Shown piece by piece: positions 16,954 through 26,460 of a stretch of DNA of 32,000 nt; positions within the stretch are counted from its first letter, which is position 1, and every line of letters begins with the position of its first letter. The stretch spans positions 844,188 through 876,187 of the forward strand of contig NZ_CP094241.1 in assembly GCF_022749495.1 (NCBI RefSeq). The letters run 5' to 3'. The notes under the pieces are model-generated. The model was not told the origin of the DNA and did no database searches. It saw nothing but the letters and a program-made list of their open reading frames with translations. Source of the DNA: Neisseria macacae ATCC 33926 (GTDB taxonomy: Bacteria; Pseudomonadota; Gammaproteobacteria; Burkholderiales; Neisseriaceae). The position numbers were made by a program, and so were the translations under genes.

Positions 16954-17904
16954 TTAAGCTGTTTGATAGCGCATTTTTTCGAACGGCTTTTGTGTTTTAT
17001 GGATGTAGTAGGCGATTTTGGCAAGTTTACGCATCAAAGCAACTATGACAACCATTTTAGGCTTATGAGATAAGTTTTGAACTAACTTAGGAAAGGCTTT
17101 AATGCGATAGGCGACAAGCGCGGGCATAAACAAGGCGCGTTTAAGCCGGCGGTGACCATAGCGGCTTAATCTGCCTTTTTTATTGACGCTGGTTCCTGAT
17201 TGTTCAATTAGCGGACTTAATCCGGCGAATGATACGAATTGGTTAGCCGTCTTAAATTGTTTGTCTGTGAGATGACGGAGCAAGATTGCGGCGGTATCTT
17301 TGCCTATACCGGGAATTGTTTGCAGATTTTTGTAATGCGTATTCAGGCTATCTTGTTGCTGAATCATCAGGTCTATTCGCTTGGCCGTTTGGTCTATCTG
17401 TTTGGCCAAGAGCAATATGATTTCTTCGTGTGTGGCACGAATAAAGGTATCTTTTGCGGCGTGCAGTCTGTTTTGACTTTCGTTTTGCTGTTGTTTGAGT
17501 TGCTGGAGCAGGCTTATCAGTTTATACAGGGTTGGGTTTTCAGACGGCTTGAACGGTGTAAGTTTATCTAAATGGCGTTTTGTGTATTCTGCTATGAGCC
17601 TTGAATCGGCTCTATCGGTTTTTGTGTGGCTAAACTGGCTTTTTGAGTAGTCTTTAATTTTCAGAGGATTTATAACGAAGACTTGATAAATTGCACTGAA
17701 ATAGTCAGCAGCTTCTTCGTAATAAATGCCAGTTGCTTCCATGCTAATACTTATTTTGCGGATACGTTTTGATCGTATCCAGTCATTTAGTTTTTCGAAG
17801 CCTTCGCAAGCGTTAGCTATTTTAATATAGTCTGATTGGCCGCTAGTTCTAAGCAAAGTTACGTCTATGGTATCTTTGGAAATATCGAATCCTATTACAT
17901 TCAT
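16954..17904 (-). CDS. IS110-family (DEDD, Piv-like) recombinase, inner copy
   Basis: MNVIGFDISKDT...SMEATGIYYEE...VINPLKIKDY...KTDRADS forms the DEDD N-domain. LQTIPGIGKDTAAILL...FAGLSPLIEQSGTS...SRYGHRRLKRALF forms the C-domain. RBS AAGGAA precedes the ATG at 17904. The tracked start at 17982 is likely UTR. Confidence 0.9.
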   Translation of the reverse strand: MNVIGFDISKDTIDVTLLRTSGQSDYIKIANACEGFEKLNDWIRSKRIRKISISMEATGIYYEEAADYFSAIYQVFVINPLKIKDYSKSQFSHTKTDRADSRLIAEYTKRHLDKLTPFKPSENPTLYKLISLLQQLKQQQNESQNRLHAAKDTFIRATHEEIILLLAKQIDQTAKRIDLMIQQQDSLNTHYKNLQTIPGIGKDTAAILLRHLTDKQFKTANQFVSFAGLSPLIEQSGTSVNKKGRLSRYGHRRLKRALFMPALVAYRIKAFPKLVQNLSHKPKMVVIVALMRKLAKIAYYIHKTQKPFEKMRYQTA

Positions 17905-17967
17905 TGCATTTTCCTTATGATTCAGCCTGTTTGCACGGCTATGATGGTATTCAATCTTTAGGATAAG

Positions 17968-18032
17968 TGGGCGATTCGGCATTTCTTTTGTCCAGCTTTT
18001 TACTTTGGCCGTTTTACTGCCTAAACCGCCCA
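17968..18032 (-). ncRNA. Candidate bridge/seek-RNA target-binding stem-loop (inner copy; mirror of 30429-30493)
   Basis: See the entry at 30429-30548. Confidence 0.35.
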
Positions 18033-18054
18033 GGCTTTTGTTTTGCGCTAAACA

Positions 18055-18096
18055 AAAACCCGCAAACCGTCTTTTTTAAAACGGTTTGCGGGTTTT
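18055..18096. terminator. Bidirectional hairpin terminator (mirror of 30365-30406)
   Basis: 14-bp stem AACCCGCAAACCGT/ACGGTTTGCGGGTT with A and T runs on either side. Confidence 0.65.
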
Positions 18097-18216
18097 GGCT
18101 TTGGCATTTTATTGCGTCCGGTTGAGCTGATTTTTGTCTGTTTTTGAATTTTTAGGTGTCTCCGGAAGACATAAAATTGCTTAAACTCAAAAAAGCGGGA
18201 GTTCCCGCACCCCGTG

Positions 18217-18275
18217 GCTGCTTTTTACCGTGTTGATTACGCCTTTTGTGCTTCATCAACACGGTAAAAAGCAGC
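18217..18275. other. Perfect 21-bp-stem hairpin after zot (mirror of 30186-30244)
   Basis: GCTGCTTTTTACCGTGTTGAT / ATCAACACGGTAAAAAGCAGC with a 17-nt loop. Confidence 0.7.
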
Positions 18276-18279
18276 TCAA

Positions 18280-19455
18280 TTAATTAGTGCCAACAATACC
18301 GCCGCGCTGTTGGAATTGCGATCCTGCTTCGACATAGCCGTCATACATCAAATTCTGTGGCGATTTGCCGCCCATTGTCAGTATTTGGTTTGATTCTGTC
18401 GTCGTCGGCGGGATTTGCGGTGCAAGCGCTGCCTGTGCTGTCGTGCTTGGGTCTTTGTAAGGATTAAATGGCATTCCGTTTTTGACGTAGTCTTTACACA
18501 TTGCCTTAGTCACTTCTTTCAGAGCCGTGCCTTGGTCGCTATAACAGGTACAACCACTTTTACCGCCATCTATACAGGCGGCCAAGCGTTCAAAGGTTTT
18601 AACTTGGCGCACGCTGTCGTAAAGCGGTTTGGATTCGGGTTTTTCTGCCAACTTGGGGATAAAGTCTGTCGGGTTTAGGCTGTTATCAATTTTGGCCGTT
18701 GGCTCGGTTGATTCCGTTGGTAATTCCATTTGCGGCTGACTGGCTGCTGCTTCCTGTGGTTCGACCTGTTCTTGTTGGCCAGTGCCTTGCTTATAAATTT
18801 GATAAACGTTGTAGCCTTTCCAAGCCATGAAAGCAAATATACCTATCAAAGCCCAAACAGCAAGCGGAATATTCTTTTTAAACTTCTGATGTTGGCTTGA
18901 GGATTTGTAATACTTGAAGGCATCTTTAGGCGGTTTCCAGCTCGCAGATTCAACACCTGTTACACCGGCGGGATTATCAAGGGTCGTTACACACTTATAC
19001 CAAGAATACTGCTTCATACCCACGGCTTTGCGTTCAAGATGGGTATGTTTTGACACGAGATTGCGTACAAATACGTCAAGCTGGCTAGGGTGCTGGGTCA
19101 TCAAGATAACCGTATGGCCGTGATGACGGAGTTCGGTTAATTCTTGGATATAGGGCGGAACGGGGCGACCTGATGCGCGCACAGGATAGGTATAGTGTGC
19201 TTCATCAACAATCAATACGGCGCCTTGCGGAATAATATCGCGCAACGGTGCAGACATGATTTCTTCTTCAGTAAGTTCATGCGCGTTAAATTTACGTTTA
19301 TCCAAGCCGTCTATATGGCAGAAATAGAGCGGGCGGTCTACTTCAGTGCCATCTTCAAGCTTCATCTTAAACAAACCGTCTTCGTTGTTCAGAATCATGG
19401 ACACGACGCGCGAAGTCTTGCCCGTACCCATGTTGCCGGTGAAAAGATAAATCAT
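18280..19455 (-). CDS. Zot/pI-like filamentous phage assembly ATPase
   Basis: 391 aa with Walker A GNMGTGKTS, Walker B LIVDEAH, and a central transmembrane segment IPLAVWALIGIFAFMAW. Confidence 0.88.
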   Translation of the reverse strand: MIYLFTGNMGTGKTSRVVSMILNNEDGLFKMKLEDGTEVDRPLYFCHIDGLDKRKFNAHELTEEEIMSAPLRDIIPQGAVLIVDEAHYTYPVRASGRPVPPYIQELTELRHHGHTVILMTQHPSQLDVFVRNLVSKHTHLERKAVGMKQYSWYKCVTTLDNPAGVTGVESASWKPPKDAFKYYKSSSQHQKFKKNIPLAVWALIGIFAFMAWKGYNVYQIYKQGTGQQEQVEPQEAAASQPQMELPTESTEPTAKIDNSLNPTDFIPKLAEKPESKPLYDSVRQVKTFERLAACIDGGKSGCTCYSDQGTALKEVTKAMCKDYVKNGMPFNPYKDPSTTAQAALAPQIPPTTTESNQILTMGGKSPQNLMYDGYVEAGSQFQQRGGIVGTN

Positions 19456-19458
19456 AAA

Positions 19459-19752
19459 TTACCCCGCGGGAGAAACGAAAGTCAGTTTATTCAAGGCAGC
19501 CATGCCGATATAAAAAGAGAATGCGCCAAACAAATAACCCAAACCTTCACCAAAACCGCCAATTAACAGCAAATTGAGAATATCAGAAGGCATGGAGTTA
19601 AAAGCATTTAAGGTGTATTCCTTGAATTTACCCAATGCGATTACATAACCGGCGTAGGTAACAAAAGTTAAGCCGGTGGCAATAATCATGCGGACAATCA
19701 GCATTTTTAACAGGATTCCCAAAAGAGGAATCAATCCGGCGAGCAGCGGCAT
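19459..19752 (-). CDS. pVI-like small multi-pass membrane protein
   Basis: 97 aa, very hydrophobic, directly upstream of zot as in Nf/CTX-type phages. Confidence 0.6.
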   Translation of the reverse strand: MPLLAGLIPLLGILLKMLIVRMIIATGLTFVTYAGYVIALGKFKEYTLNAFNSMPSDILNLLLIGGFGEGLGYLFGAFSFYIGMAALNKLTFVSPAG

Positions 19753-19753
19753 A

Positions 19754-21367
19754 TTATCCCTTTCTTAAAGAGCCGAAAACGATAAAGGCGGACATGATAA
19801 TGAATCCGAGTAAAACAGCAAAACGGATATTTTGCATAAATACGCAGAGCGGTTCGTAGCTGATTTGTACCGGTCTGCCCCAAATGTTGAAGCTTTTGGG
19901 TTGAGGACAAACGCCGTTTGGCGGTAGGAAGTTGTCGGTATTCCACGTAGTATCATCAGTTATATGGGGTATTGTAATGCTGTCAAACATACCTTCTTCG
20001 GGCTTGCCCATTTTGTCGCATGCCAAGATGTTCGGAAATACTTCGCACAACAGCCCGCCATCTTGCTTTGGTTTGTCATCCTCTTTCGGCTTGTCGTCGG
20101 GTTTTGGATCGTCTTTGCCGTCTGGGGTATTACTTGGATCAGGTTTGTCTTTACCGCTTGGACTGCCGTCGGGGTCTGGTTTTGTTTTATCGGACGGACT
20201 GCCGTCAGGCGTTGGGTCGGGTTGCGAACCTGGCTTTCCGTCGGGATTTGGGTCGGGTTGTGAACCTGGCTTGCCATTTTCGCCCGGTGTCGGGGTTGGG
20301 TTGTTTTTTGGCGCGGCAGGACTGCCCGGTGTGAGGTCGGGGCGCGGGGTTGTGGTGACGGTTGCGGTTGTGTTGCCGTCCGCGCCTGTTGTGAAGCTGA
20401 TGGTTATTTGGAAGGGTCTGCCGTCTTGTCCTGTCGCCGGGCCAAGGGTTACTGATGTTCCGGGGGCAACTTGGACACCTTCGCTATAATCAGGACGCCC
20501 GGCGCCTTCCACAAACGGCGTCGGATTGCGGTCGATTGCGGGTGTGGCGATTTCGAGGAATTTTTCAGGGGTGAGGACTTCGGATTGTCGGTTTTGCAAA
20601 CGTTCGAAAATTATCGGGGTTCTTTCATCGACTTTTTTTTCAACACTGCAACGGGCATTGATTGATCCAATTTTGCATTCTTTGAAAATATAGCCGTCGT
20701 ACCAATGATCGCGGGATTTGAGTTGCTCGAAATATTTACGCGCTTCGCGTTCTGTTCTGCTTTTCAACAAAAATTCGGCTTCTTTTTGGCTTTGTCCGCC
20801 TTTTTCAAAAGCTCGTACTAAGGACGAATCCAGTGGCAGACAGTTTGAGTAAACCTTTTTGTCCCCTTGCCAAGTCACAATACATAGGGCGTCATCATAG
20901 GTTTTTAGGAATGTTCCGCTTTCGTCTGCTATGTAGCCTTCTGACTCTAGATCGCCTTTGACGGCTTTATAGGCTTCGTAGGCGAGCAGTGCGCCGCCTA
21001 TGTAGAGATTGCCTCGACTGGAGGCTGCTATTCTTGCGCCTTGAGTGACTAGACCGTAGGCTCTGGATAGGACTGTTGGGCGGGAGACGGTTGCTACAAC
21101 GGTTGCGCCGATTCGGGCAGCCGATGAAGCTCCGGTAGAAGAATGAAATATTTCAGCAGATACTGATTGTTTTGATACATATTTTTCAAAGTGTGGAGTA
21201 TAGCTTCTATTGATTAAATTCCTAAAACCATCATCAACTTTAGCATTTACACCATTTCCCATTTGAAAATTTGTCTGTGCAGCAAAAACACTACTCGAAC
21301 AAAGAATTAAAGCACTCAATATCAGCGCTGAATACTTTTGATGAAAGAATGTCATTTCCTGAACCAA
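19754..21367 (-). CDS. pIII/TspB-like adsorption protein
   Basis: 537 aa with a signal peptide (KYSALILSALILCSSSVFA), a Pro/Asp/Gly/Lys-rich linker (PGSQPDPNPDGKPGSQPDPTPDG...) and a C-terminal membrane anchor. It occupies the pIII position. The start could be 21367 or 21355. Confidence 0.7.
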   Translation of the reverse strand: MVQEMTFFHQKYSALILSALILCSSSVFAAQTNFQMGNGVNAKVDDGFRNLINRSYTPHFEKYVSKQSVSAEIFHSSTGASSAARIGATVVATVSRPTVLSRAYGLVTQGARIAASSRGNLYIGGALLAYEAYKAVKGDLESEGYIADESGTFLKTYDDALCIVTWQGDKKVYSNCLPLDSSLVRAFEKGGQSQKEAEFLLKSRTEREARKYFEQLKSRDHWYDGYIFKECKIGSINARCSVEKKVDERTPIIFERLQNRQSEVLTPEKFLEIATPAIDRNPTPFVEGAGRPDYSEGVQVAPGTSVTLGPATGQDGRPFQITISFTTGADGNTTATVTTTPRPDLTPGSPAAPKNNPTPTPGENGKPGSQPDPNPDGKPGSQPDPTPDGSPSDKTKPDPDGSPSGKDKPDPSNTPDGKDDPKPDDKPKEDDKPKQDGGLLCEVFPNILACDKMGKPEEGMFDSITIPHITDDTTWNTDNFLPPNGVCPQPKSFNIWGRPVQISYEPLCVFMQNIRFAVLLGFIIMSAFIVFGSLRKG

Positions 21368-21641
21368 TCTTATATACAGCTATGCTGTAATCAGGAAACC
21401 TAATTTCCAAATAAGCCCCTAAAAACCTATGCGAAAAATTCCTGGATAAAGCATAGAAATCAGAACCGGCAACACGCGAATTTTGTGCAATCAAATCACA
21501 ATAAATATAAGCCATAGACATCCCGTAATATTCGTCTAATTGGTTATATTTACGTTTTGCCAAATACTCTTCATTAATATTCAAATTCAACATAAAAATC
21601 CTAACTTTCGTAACGGTTGCAGAAAGTTGGGATTTTGCCAT
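21291..21641 (-). CDS. Hypothetical ORF in the AT-rich phage segment (possible moron)
   Basis: 116 aa (or 100 aa from the internal MLNLNINEEY, which has a better RBS). It overlaps the adsorption gene start by 77 nt. Confidence 0.3.
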   Translation of the reverse strand: MAKSQLSATVTKVRIFMLNLNINEEYLAKRKYNQLDEYYGMSMAYIYCDLIAQNSRVAGSDFYALSRNFSHRFLGAYLEIRFPDYSIAVYKIGSGNDILSSKVFSADIECFNSLFE

Positions 21642-21656
21642 TATCCTAATCAGGTA

Positions 21657-21728
21657 TCAATCCTTGAATAAAATCGCTCCTATTAAAACAGGTACAGCCA
21701 GTCCCAAATAGAAATAAAAGTCCATCAT
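21657..21728 (-). CDS. 23-aa hydrophobic peptide, pVII/pIX-like minor coat candidate
   Basis: MMDFYFYLGLAVPVLIGAILFKD. The start overlaps the stop of the preceding ORF (ATGATG). It is not in the ORF track. Confidence 0.35.
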   Translation of the reverse strand: MMDFYFYLGLAVPVLIGAILFKD

Positions 21729-22000
21729 CTCAAGACCCTTTTTAGGACGGATACGAAATACACAGCCGCCATCACGCCGAATAAAAGCCAGCCTGTTTCC
21801 AAACCGCTTTTGAGGTTTTCGCCTGGATCGCATTTGGGCAAATCTGCTTTAATCGGCTCTCCGTTCAGTTTCCATAATGTGCCGTTGTACTCTGGTTTGA
21901 TGATTTTGCCATCTTGGGTTATTTGAGGTACTACCAAGCTGAAATAGACGTTTTCAGCTTGGCTTTGCTCAAGACATTTATTCCCGACTTGGTAGTACAT
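21725..22000 (-). CDS. Coat-like membrane protein
   Basis: 91 aa. The C-terminal GWLLFGVMAAVYFVSVLKRVLR parallels the major coat C-terminus. Confidence 0.55.
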   Translation of the reverse strand: MYYQVGNKCLEQSQAENVYFSLVVPQITQDGKIIKPEYNGTLWKLNGEPIKADLPKCDPGENLKSGLETGWLLFGVMAAVYFVSVLKRVLR

Positions 22001-22012
22001 CTTAATTACCTG

Positions 22013-22231
22013 TTATCGCAACAAGCGTTTCACGATGGCAATGACGAACAGGGCGGCAAATACGCCGACTACCAACCAGCCTGCTTCAAGGCCGTCGGCT
22101 TTCGCTGAATCAATACCTGTTTTTGCGGCTTCGGGCAAAGCGGCATAGGCAGATGTGGCCAGAGCCAAGGGAGCGGCAGCAACTACTGCCAGTTTTGCGC
22201 CGTATTTACGGCAAGTGTTCATCAATTTCAT
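22013..22231 (-). CDS. Major coat protein (pVIII-like)
   Basis: 72 aa from MKLMNTCRKYGAKLAVVAAAPLALATSAYA|ALPEAAK..., with a signal peptide, an acidic N-terminus, a transmembrane segment and a basic tail KRLLR. RBS AAAGGAAAA precedes it. Confidence 0.75.
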   Translation of the reverse strand: MKLMNTCRKYGAKLAVVAAAPLALATSAYAALPEAAKTGIDSAKADGLEAGWLVVGVFAALFVIAIVKRLLR

Positions 22232-22307
22232 GATGTTTTCCTTTAGTGAGTTAAACAAAATTAAATAGGTGCTTTTGCTATTATTCAGACCGCACCTGTA
22301 GCCTGAA

Positions 22308-22505
22308 TTAAAATTCTGATAAAAAGCTGAAGACAATAAAGTTATCCCCGATTTCTTCTAAAGCAGTTTCTACCGCTTCGTTTCGGTCGTAGAAATAACC
22401 GGCTTCATTGACAAACGGTGTATGCCCGACATCACCCGTATCAGACGGATAAAGGAAGTCGCCCGTTTCCCGTGACTGAACAATGTAAACGCGGGTAATT
22501 GTCAT
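22308..22505 (-). CDS. Hypothetical 65-aa phage protein
   Basis: Compactly spaced between the ssDNA-binding-like gene and the coat gene. No motif was recognised. Confidence 0.45.
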   Translation of the reverse strand: MTITRVYIVQSRETGDFLYPSDTGDVGHTPFVNEAGYFYDRNEAVETALEEIGDNFIVFSFLSEF

Positions 22506-22508
22506 GTT

Positions 22509-22805
22509 TTAGCCTTTGTTTGGGGTTTTAGGCTGAAAACCTAAAATTTTGAGTTTTTGGCTTTTGCCGTTGGTAACCAATTCAACCGTCAAAGAGGCTT
22601 CAAAAGGGAATGACAGACTTTTGAACTGTTCGAAATTCACGGAGCCGCCGTAGTCGTATTCGGTAGCCGAGCTGCCTAATGCGTTGCCTTGGCTGCTGTC
22701 CAGCGGTGTAGACACGATGACGCGGCAATAATCAAAAGTTTTGCCGTCAATTTGGCCGTTAAAGCGTTTAACGCCCATGATTTGGCCTTGAATTTGCATT
22801 TGCAT
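22509..22805 (-). CDS. Putative ssDNA-binding protein (pV-like)
   Basis: 98 aa from MQMQIQGQIMGVKRF, with RBS AAGGAAAC. It immediately follows rep. The assignment is from size and position only. Confidence 0.5.
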   Translation of the reverse strand: MQMQIQGQIMGVKRFNGQIDGKTFDYCRVIVSTPLDSSQGNALGSSATEYDYGGSVNFEQFKSLSFPFEASLTVELVTNGKSQKLKILGFQPKTPNKG

Positions 22806-22858
22806 GATGTGTTTCCTTATCCAATACACTGCACTTGTAGGCGGCAGCGTTTTGCCTT

Positions 22859-24184
22859 TTAAAATCTATATGCGTATCGGTCGTACATAAGATTCAGATA
22901 ATCTTCTTCGTGCTTGGCTTCGATGAGCTTCGTCATTTTGTTTTTTTGTTCGATGGCCATTTCAAGTAAAACTTGGGCAGATTCGTTAAGCCATAAACTG
23001 CCTTCGGGTTTGTCATGTATGGCCGTTGCATGGTTTTCAGTACATGAATACACTTCGAGGCTTAAGCGTTTTGGCAATAAGTCATGGTCGGCTTCGAACA
23101 TGGCCAGTATTTCCGAACGGTCTTTATGTGGAAACATGGATTTGGCGGCATTGATGGCGCGCCCGACTTGGTTTTTGGCTACTTCGATGCAGCGTTCAAA
23201 AGTCAATTCAAGATTCTTTTTCACTGCTTCGATGCGTTTGGCTTTCTCTTGAAATTGGGCGCATACAGGGTATGCCCCGCCGAAATACTCACCCGGAACT
23301 GTCAATACTTCGAACGGAATCACAATATCCTTGGCTTTGAATTCAATTTCAAAACGCACCCACTGGCTTTCTTTGTCGCCAAGTTGCTTGCCTTTTTCGT
23401 AAACGCGAACGTATTTGGACGATTCACGGGAGCCTACATAGTAGGTTTTGCCCTTGCCGTTGTTTGATTCCCAATCCGTGCCGACTGATTCGCCATCGGG
23501 CATCATGTGATGGTTTGTGAACTTACCGGCGAGACGGTCGGCTTTGGCCTGCTCGGGCGTGTATTCGCCTTGAAAAAAGTCTTTGGCAATGTCGATACGG
23601 GTAATTTTGGGACGGACTGCCTGTAGGATGAAGTTATAAAGTCGTGATTCCCAACCGTCAGATGCTGCATTGCAACCTGTGGCCGTGACTTCAATCAGCA
23701 TGGTATTGTTTTGCCCACCAAAATGGACGCGGCCATATTGGGCATTGTCTGTACCCATCAACCAGCATGAATCATAAAAACGACCACCCGAATGCTTGGC
23801 TTTTTCGGTAATACCGAAACCAAAAATATCGGCCAGAACCATAGATGCGCGGACGATGTATTCATCATCGGCAACCAATGGATAACCGGCGAGCAGTGAA
23901 AATGTATCTTCGTGGATTGAAAAACTGATTTGGTCGATGAATGCGGAATTGGCTTTACCACGACGCAAAGGAACTTCAATCAAACGGCCTTTTGAATCAG
24001 TCAAGAAGGTAGTGTATTTTTCAAAAGTTTCTTGTTCGGTACTCAAAGCCGCCTCGGTTTCTGCTCCCCCCCTGTTAGATAAGGGGGGCGCCATATCGGC
24101 GCATGAAGCCGCCTTTGGCGCGTCGCTTACGCTGCCGCCGCTAAACGCGGCTTCATGCGCTTTTTTGGTGCTGATGTTTTTCAT
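22859..24184 (-). CDS. Rolling-circle replication initiation protein (pII/RstA-like), the only intact copy
   Basis: 441 aa. It is the first large gene of the phage module, translationally coupled to the upstream 72-aa ORF. It contains an unoccupied phage target sequence at 23984-23994. Confidence 0.75.
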   Translation of the reverse strand: MKNISTKKAHEAAFSGGSVSDAPKAASCADMAPPLSNRGGAETEAALSTEQETFEKYTTFLTDSKGRLIEVPLRRGKANSAFIDQISFSIHEDTFSLLAGYPLVADDEYIVRASMVLADIFGFGITEKAKHSGGRFYDSCWLMGTDNAQYGRVHFGGQNNTMLIEVTATGCNAASDGWESRLYNFILQAVRPKITRIDIAKDFFQGEYTPEQAKADRLAGKFTNHHMMPDGESVGTDWESNNGKGKTYYVGSRESSKYVRVYEKGKQLGDKESQWVRFEIEFKAKDIVIPFEVLTVPGEYFGGAYPVCAQFQEKAKRIEAVKKNLELTFERCIEVAKNQVGRAINAAKSMFPHKDRSEILAMFEADHDLLPKRLSLEVYSCTENHATAIHDKPEGSLWLNESAQVLLEMAIEQKNKMTKLIEAKHEEDYLNLMYDRYAYRF

Positions 24185-24399
24185 TGGGACACCTCTTTGC
24201 TGATGATTTCGCGGACAGACAAACGACCGTATTCATTGGCGGCATTTCTAATCTTTGAAATACGGTCAGGTGAAGAGATAGGAAAATTAACGGTTTTAAG
24301 GCAACGAGTAACGTCAGAATCGTCTTTGAAAATACGAACGATGAAAGATTTTGGAAATTTAGGCGGTTCGGGATTGACGGTGTAGAAGACGATGCACAT
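24181..24399 (-). CDS. Phage small RHH-like protein (inner copy)
   Basis: Identical to 16401-16619. The tracked 116-aa extension to 24531 crosses the insertion junction and is chimeric. Confidence 0.45.
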   Translation of the reverse strand: MCIVFYTVNPEPPKFPKSFIVRIFKDDSDVTRCLKTVNFPISSPDRISKIRNAANEYGRLSVREIISKEVSQ

Positions 24400-24471
24400 A
24401 AGAAAAGCCCCTTTTGTTAAAGAGGCTTTACGATTGTTAAAAATGCCCCTGTGATGGGGCGCAATATATAA

Positions 24472-25602
24472 GGCCGTTTGATTGAAGTTCCTTTGCGTCG
24501 TGGTAAAGCCAATTCCGCATTCATCGACCAAATCAGTTTTTCAATCCACGAAGATACATTTTCACTGCTCGCCGGTTATCCATTGGTTGCCGATGATGAA
24601 TACATCGTCCGCGCATCTATGGTTCTGGCCGATATTTTTGGTTTCGGTATTACCGAAAAAGCCAAGCATTCGGGTGGTCGTTTTTATGATTCATGCTGGT
24701 TGATGGGTACAGACAATGCCCAATATGGCCGCGTCCATTTTGGTGGGCAAAACAATACCATGCTGATTGAAGTCACGGCCACAGGTTGCAATGCAGCATC
24801 TGACGGTTGGGAATCACGACTTTATAACTTCATCCTACAGGCAGTCCGTCCCAAAATTACCCGTATCGACATTGCCAAAGACTTTTTTCAAGGCGAATAC
24901 ACGCCCGAGCAGGCCAAAGCCGACCGTCTCGCCGGTAAGTTCACAAACCATCACATGATGCCCGATGGCGAATCAGTCGGCACGGATTGGGAATCAAACA
25001 ACGGCAAGGGCAAAACCTACTATGTAGGCTCCCGTGAATCGTCCAAATACGTTCGCGTTTACGAAAAAGGCAAGCAACTTGGCGACAAAGAAAGCCAGTG
25101 GGTGCGTTTTGAAATTGAATTCAAAGCCAAGGATATTGTGATTCCGTTCGAAGTATTGACAGTTCCGGGTGAGTATTTCGGCGGGGCATACCCTGTATGC
25201 GCCCAATTTCAAGAGAAAGCCAAACGCATCGAAGCAGTGAAAAAGAATCTTGAATTGACTTTTGAACGCTGCATCGAAGTAGCCAAAAACCAAGTCGGGC
25301 GCGCCATCAATGCCGCCAAATCCATGTTTCCACATAAAGACCGTTCGGAAATACTGGCCATGTTCGAAGCCGACCATGACTTATTGCCAAAACGCTTAAG
25401 CCTCGAAGTGTATTCATGTACTGAAAACCATGCAACGGCCATACATGACAAACCCGAAGGCAGTTTATGGCTTAACGAATCTGCCCAAGTTTTACTTGAA
25501 ATGGCCATCGAACAAAAAAACAAAATGACGAAGCTCATCGAAGCCAAGCACGAAGAAGATTATCTGAATCTTATGTACGACCGATACGCATATAGATTTT
25601 AA
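24472..25602 (+). pseudogene. 3' fragment (codons 66-441) of the outer-copy rep
   Basis: It begins GRLIEVPLRRGK..., exactly where the 16616-16811 fragment stops. It lacks its own start and promoter. Confidence 0.9.
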
Positions 25603-25655
25603 AAGGCAAAACGCTGCCGCCTACAAGTGCAGTGTATTGGATAAGGAAACACATC

Positions 25656-25952
25656 ATGCAAATGCAAATTCAAGGCCAAATCATGGGCGTTAAACGCTTT
25701 AACGGCCAAATTGACGGCAAAACTTTTGATTATTGCCGCGTCATCGTGTCTACACCGCTGGACAGCAGCCAAGGCAACGCATTAGGCAGCTCGGCTACCG
25801 AATACGACTACGGCGGCTCCGTGAATTTCGAACAGTTCAAAAGTCTGTCATTCCCTTTTGAAGCCTCTTTGACGGTTGAATTGGTTACCAACGGCAAAAG
25901 CCAAAAACTCAAAATTTTAGGTTTTCAGCCTAAAACCCCAAACAAAGGCTAA
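25656..25952 (+). CDS. Putative ssDNA-binding protein (pV-like), outer copy
   Basis: Mirror of 22509-22805. Confidence 0.5.
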   Translation: MQMQIQGQIMGVKRFNGQIDGKTFDYCRVIVSTPLDSSQGNALGSSATEYDYGGSVNFEQFKSLSFPFEASLTVELVTNGKSQKLKILGFQPKTPNKG

Positions 25953-25955
25953 AAC

Positions 25956-26153
25956 ATGACAATTACCCGCGTTTACATTGTTCAGTCACGGGAAACGGGC
26001 GACTTCCTTTATCCGTCTGATACGGGTGATGTCGGGCATACACCGTTTGTCAATGAAGCCGGTTATTTCTACGACCGAAACGAAGCGGTAGAAACTGCTT
26101 TAGAAGAAATCGGGGATAACTTTATTGTCTTCAGCTTTTTATCAGAATTTTAA
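25956..26153 (+). CDS. Hypothetical 65-aa phage protein, outer copy
   Basis: Mirror of 22308-22505. Confidence 0.45.
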   Translation: MTITRVYIVQSRETGDFLYPSDTGDVGHTPFVNEAGYFYDRNEAVETALEEIGDNFIVFSFLSEF

Positions 26154-26229
26154 TTCAGGCTACAGGTGCGGTCTGAATAATAGCAAAAGCACCTATTTAA
26201 TTTTGTTTAACTCACTAAAGGAAAACATC

Positions 26230-26448
26230 ATGAAATTGATGAACACTTGCCGTAAATACGGCGCAAAACTGGCAGTAGTTGCTGCCGCTCCCTTGGCTCT
26301 GGCCACATCTGCCTATGCCGCTTTGCCCGAAGCCGCAAAAACAGGTATTGATTCAGCGAAAGCCGACGGCCTTGAAGCAGGCTGGTTGGTAGTCGGCGTA
26401 TTTGCCGCCCTGTTCGTCATTGCCATCGTGAAACGCTTGTTGCGATAA
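26230..26448 (+). CDS. Major coat protein (pVIII-like), outer copy
   Basis: Mirror of 22013-22231. Confidence 0.75.
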   Translation: MKLMNTCRKYGAKLAVVAAAPLALATSAYAALPEAAKTGIDSAKADGLEAGWLVVGVFAALFVIAIVKRLLR

Positions 26449-26460
26449 CAGGTAATTAAG

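Larger units (their letters stand above)
16812..24472 (-). mobile_element. Inner, complete Nf/MDA-type filamentous prophage (minus orientation), 7,661 bp
   Basis: It carries the full gene set from the right end (16812) to the left end (24469) plus the CTT core (24470-24472 as AAG). All ORF translations are identical to the outer copy. Confidence 0.85.

Noticed and set aside
19932-20489. 185-aa and other 99-105-aa ORFs overlapping the adsorption gene (mirrored at 27972-28529)
   Set aside because: They arise from alternative frames of the repetitive Pro/Asp/Gly-coding linker. No independent signals support them.
24181-24531. 116-aa version of the phage small ORF
   Set aside because: Its first 44 codons cross the insertion junction at 24472 and read antisense through the outer rep fragment. 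The other copy of the same gene (16401-16619) has only the 72-aa form, so the extension is a chimeric artefact.
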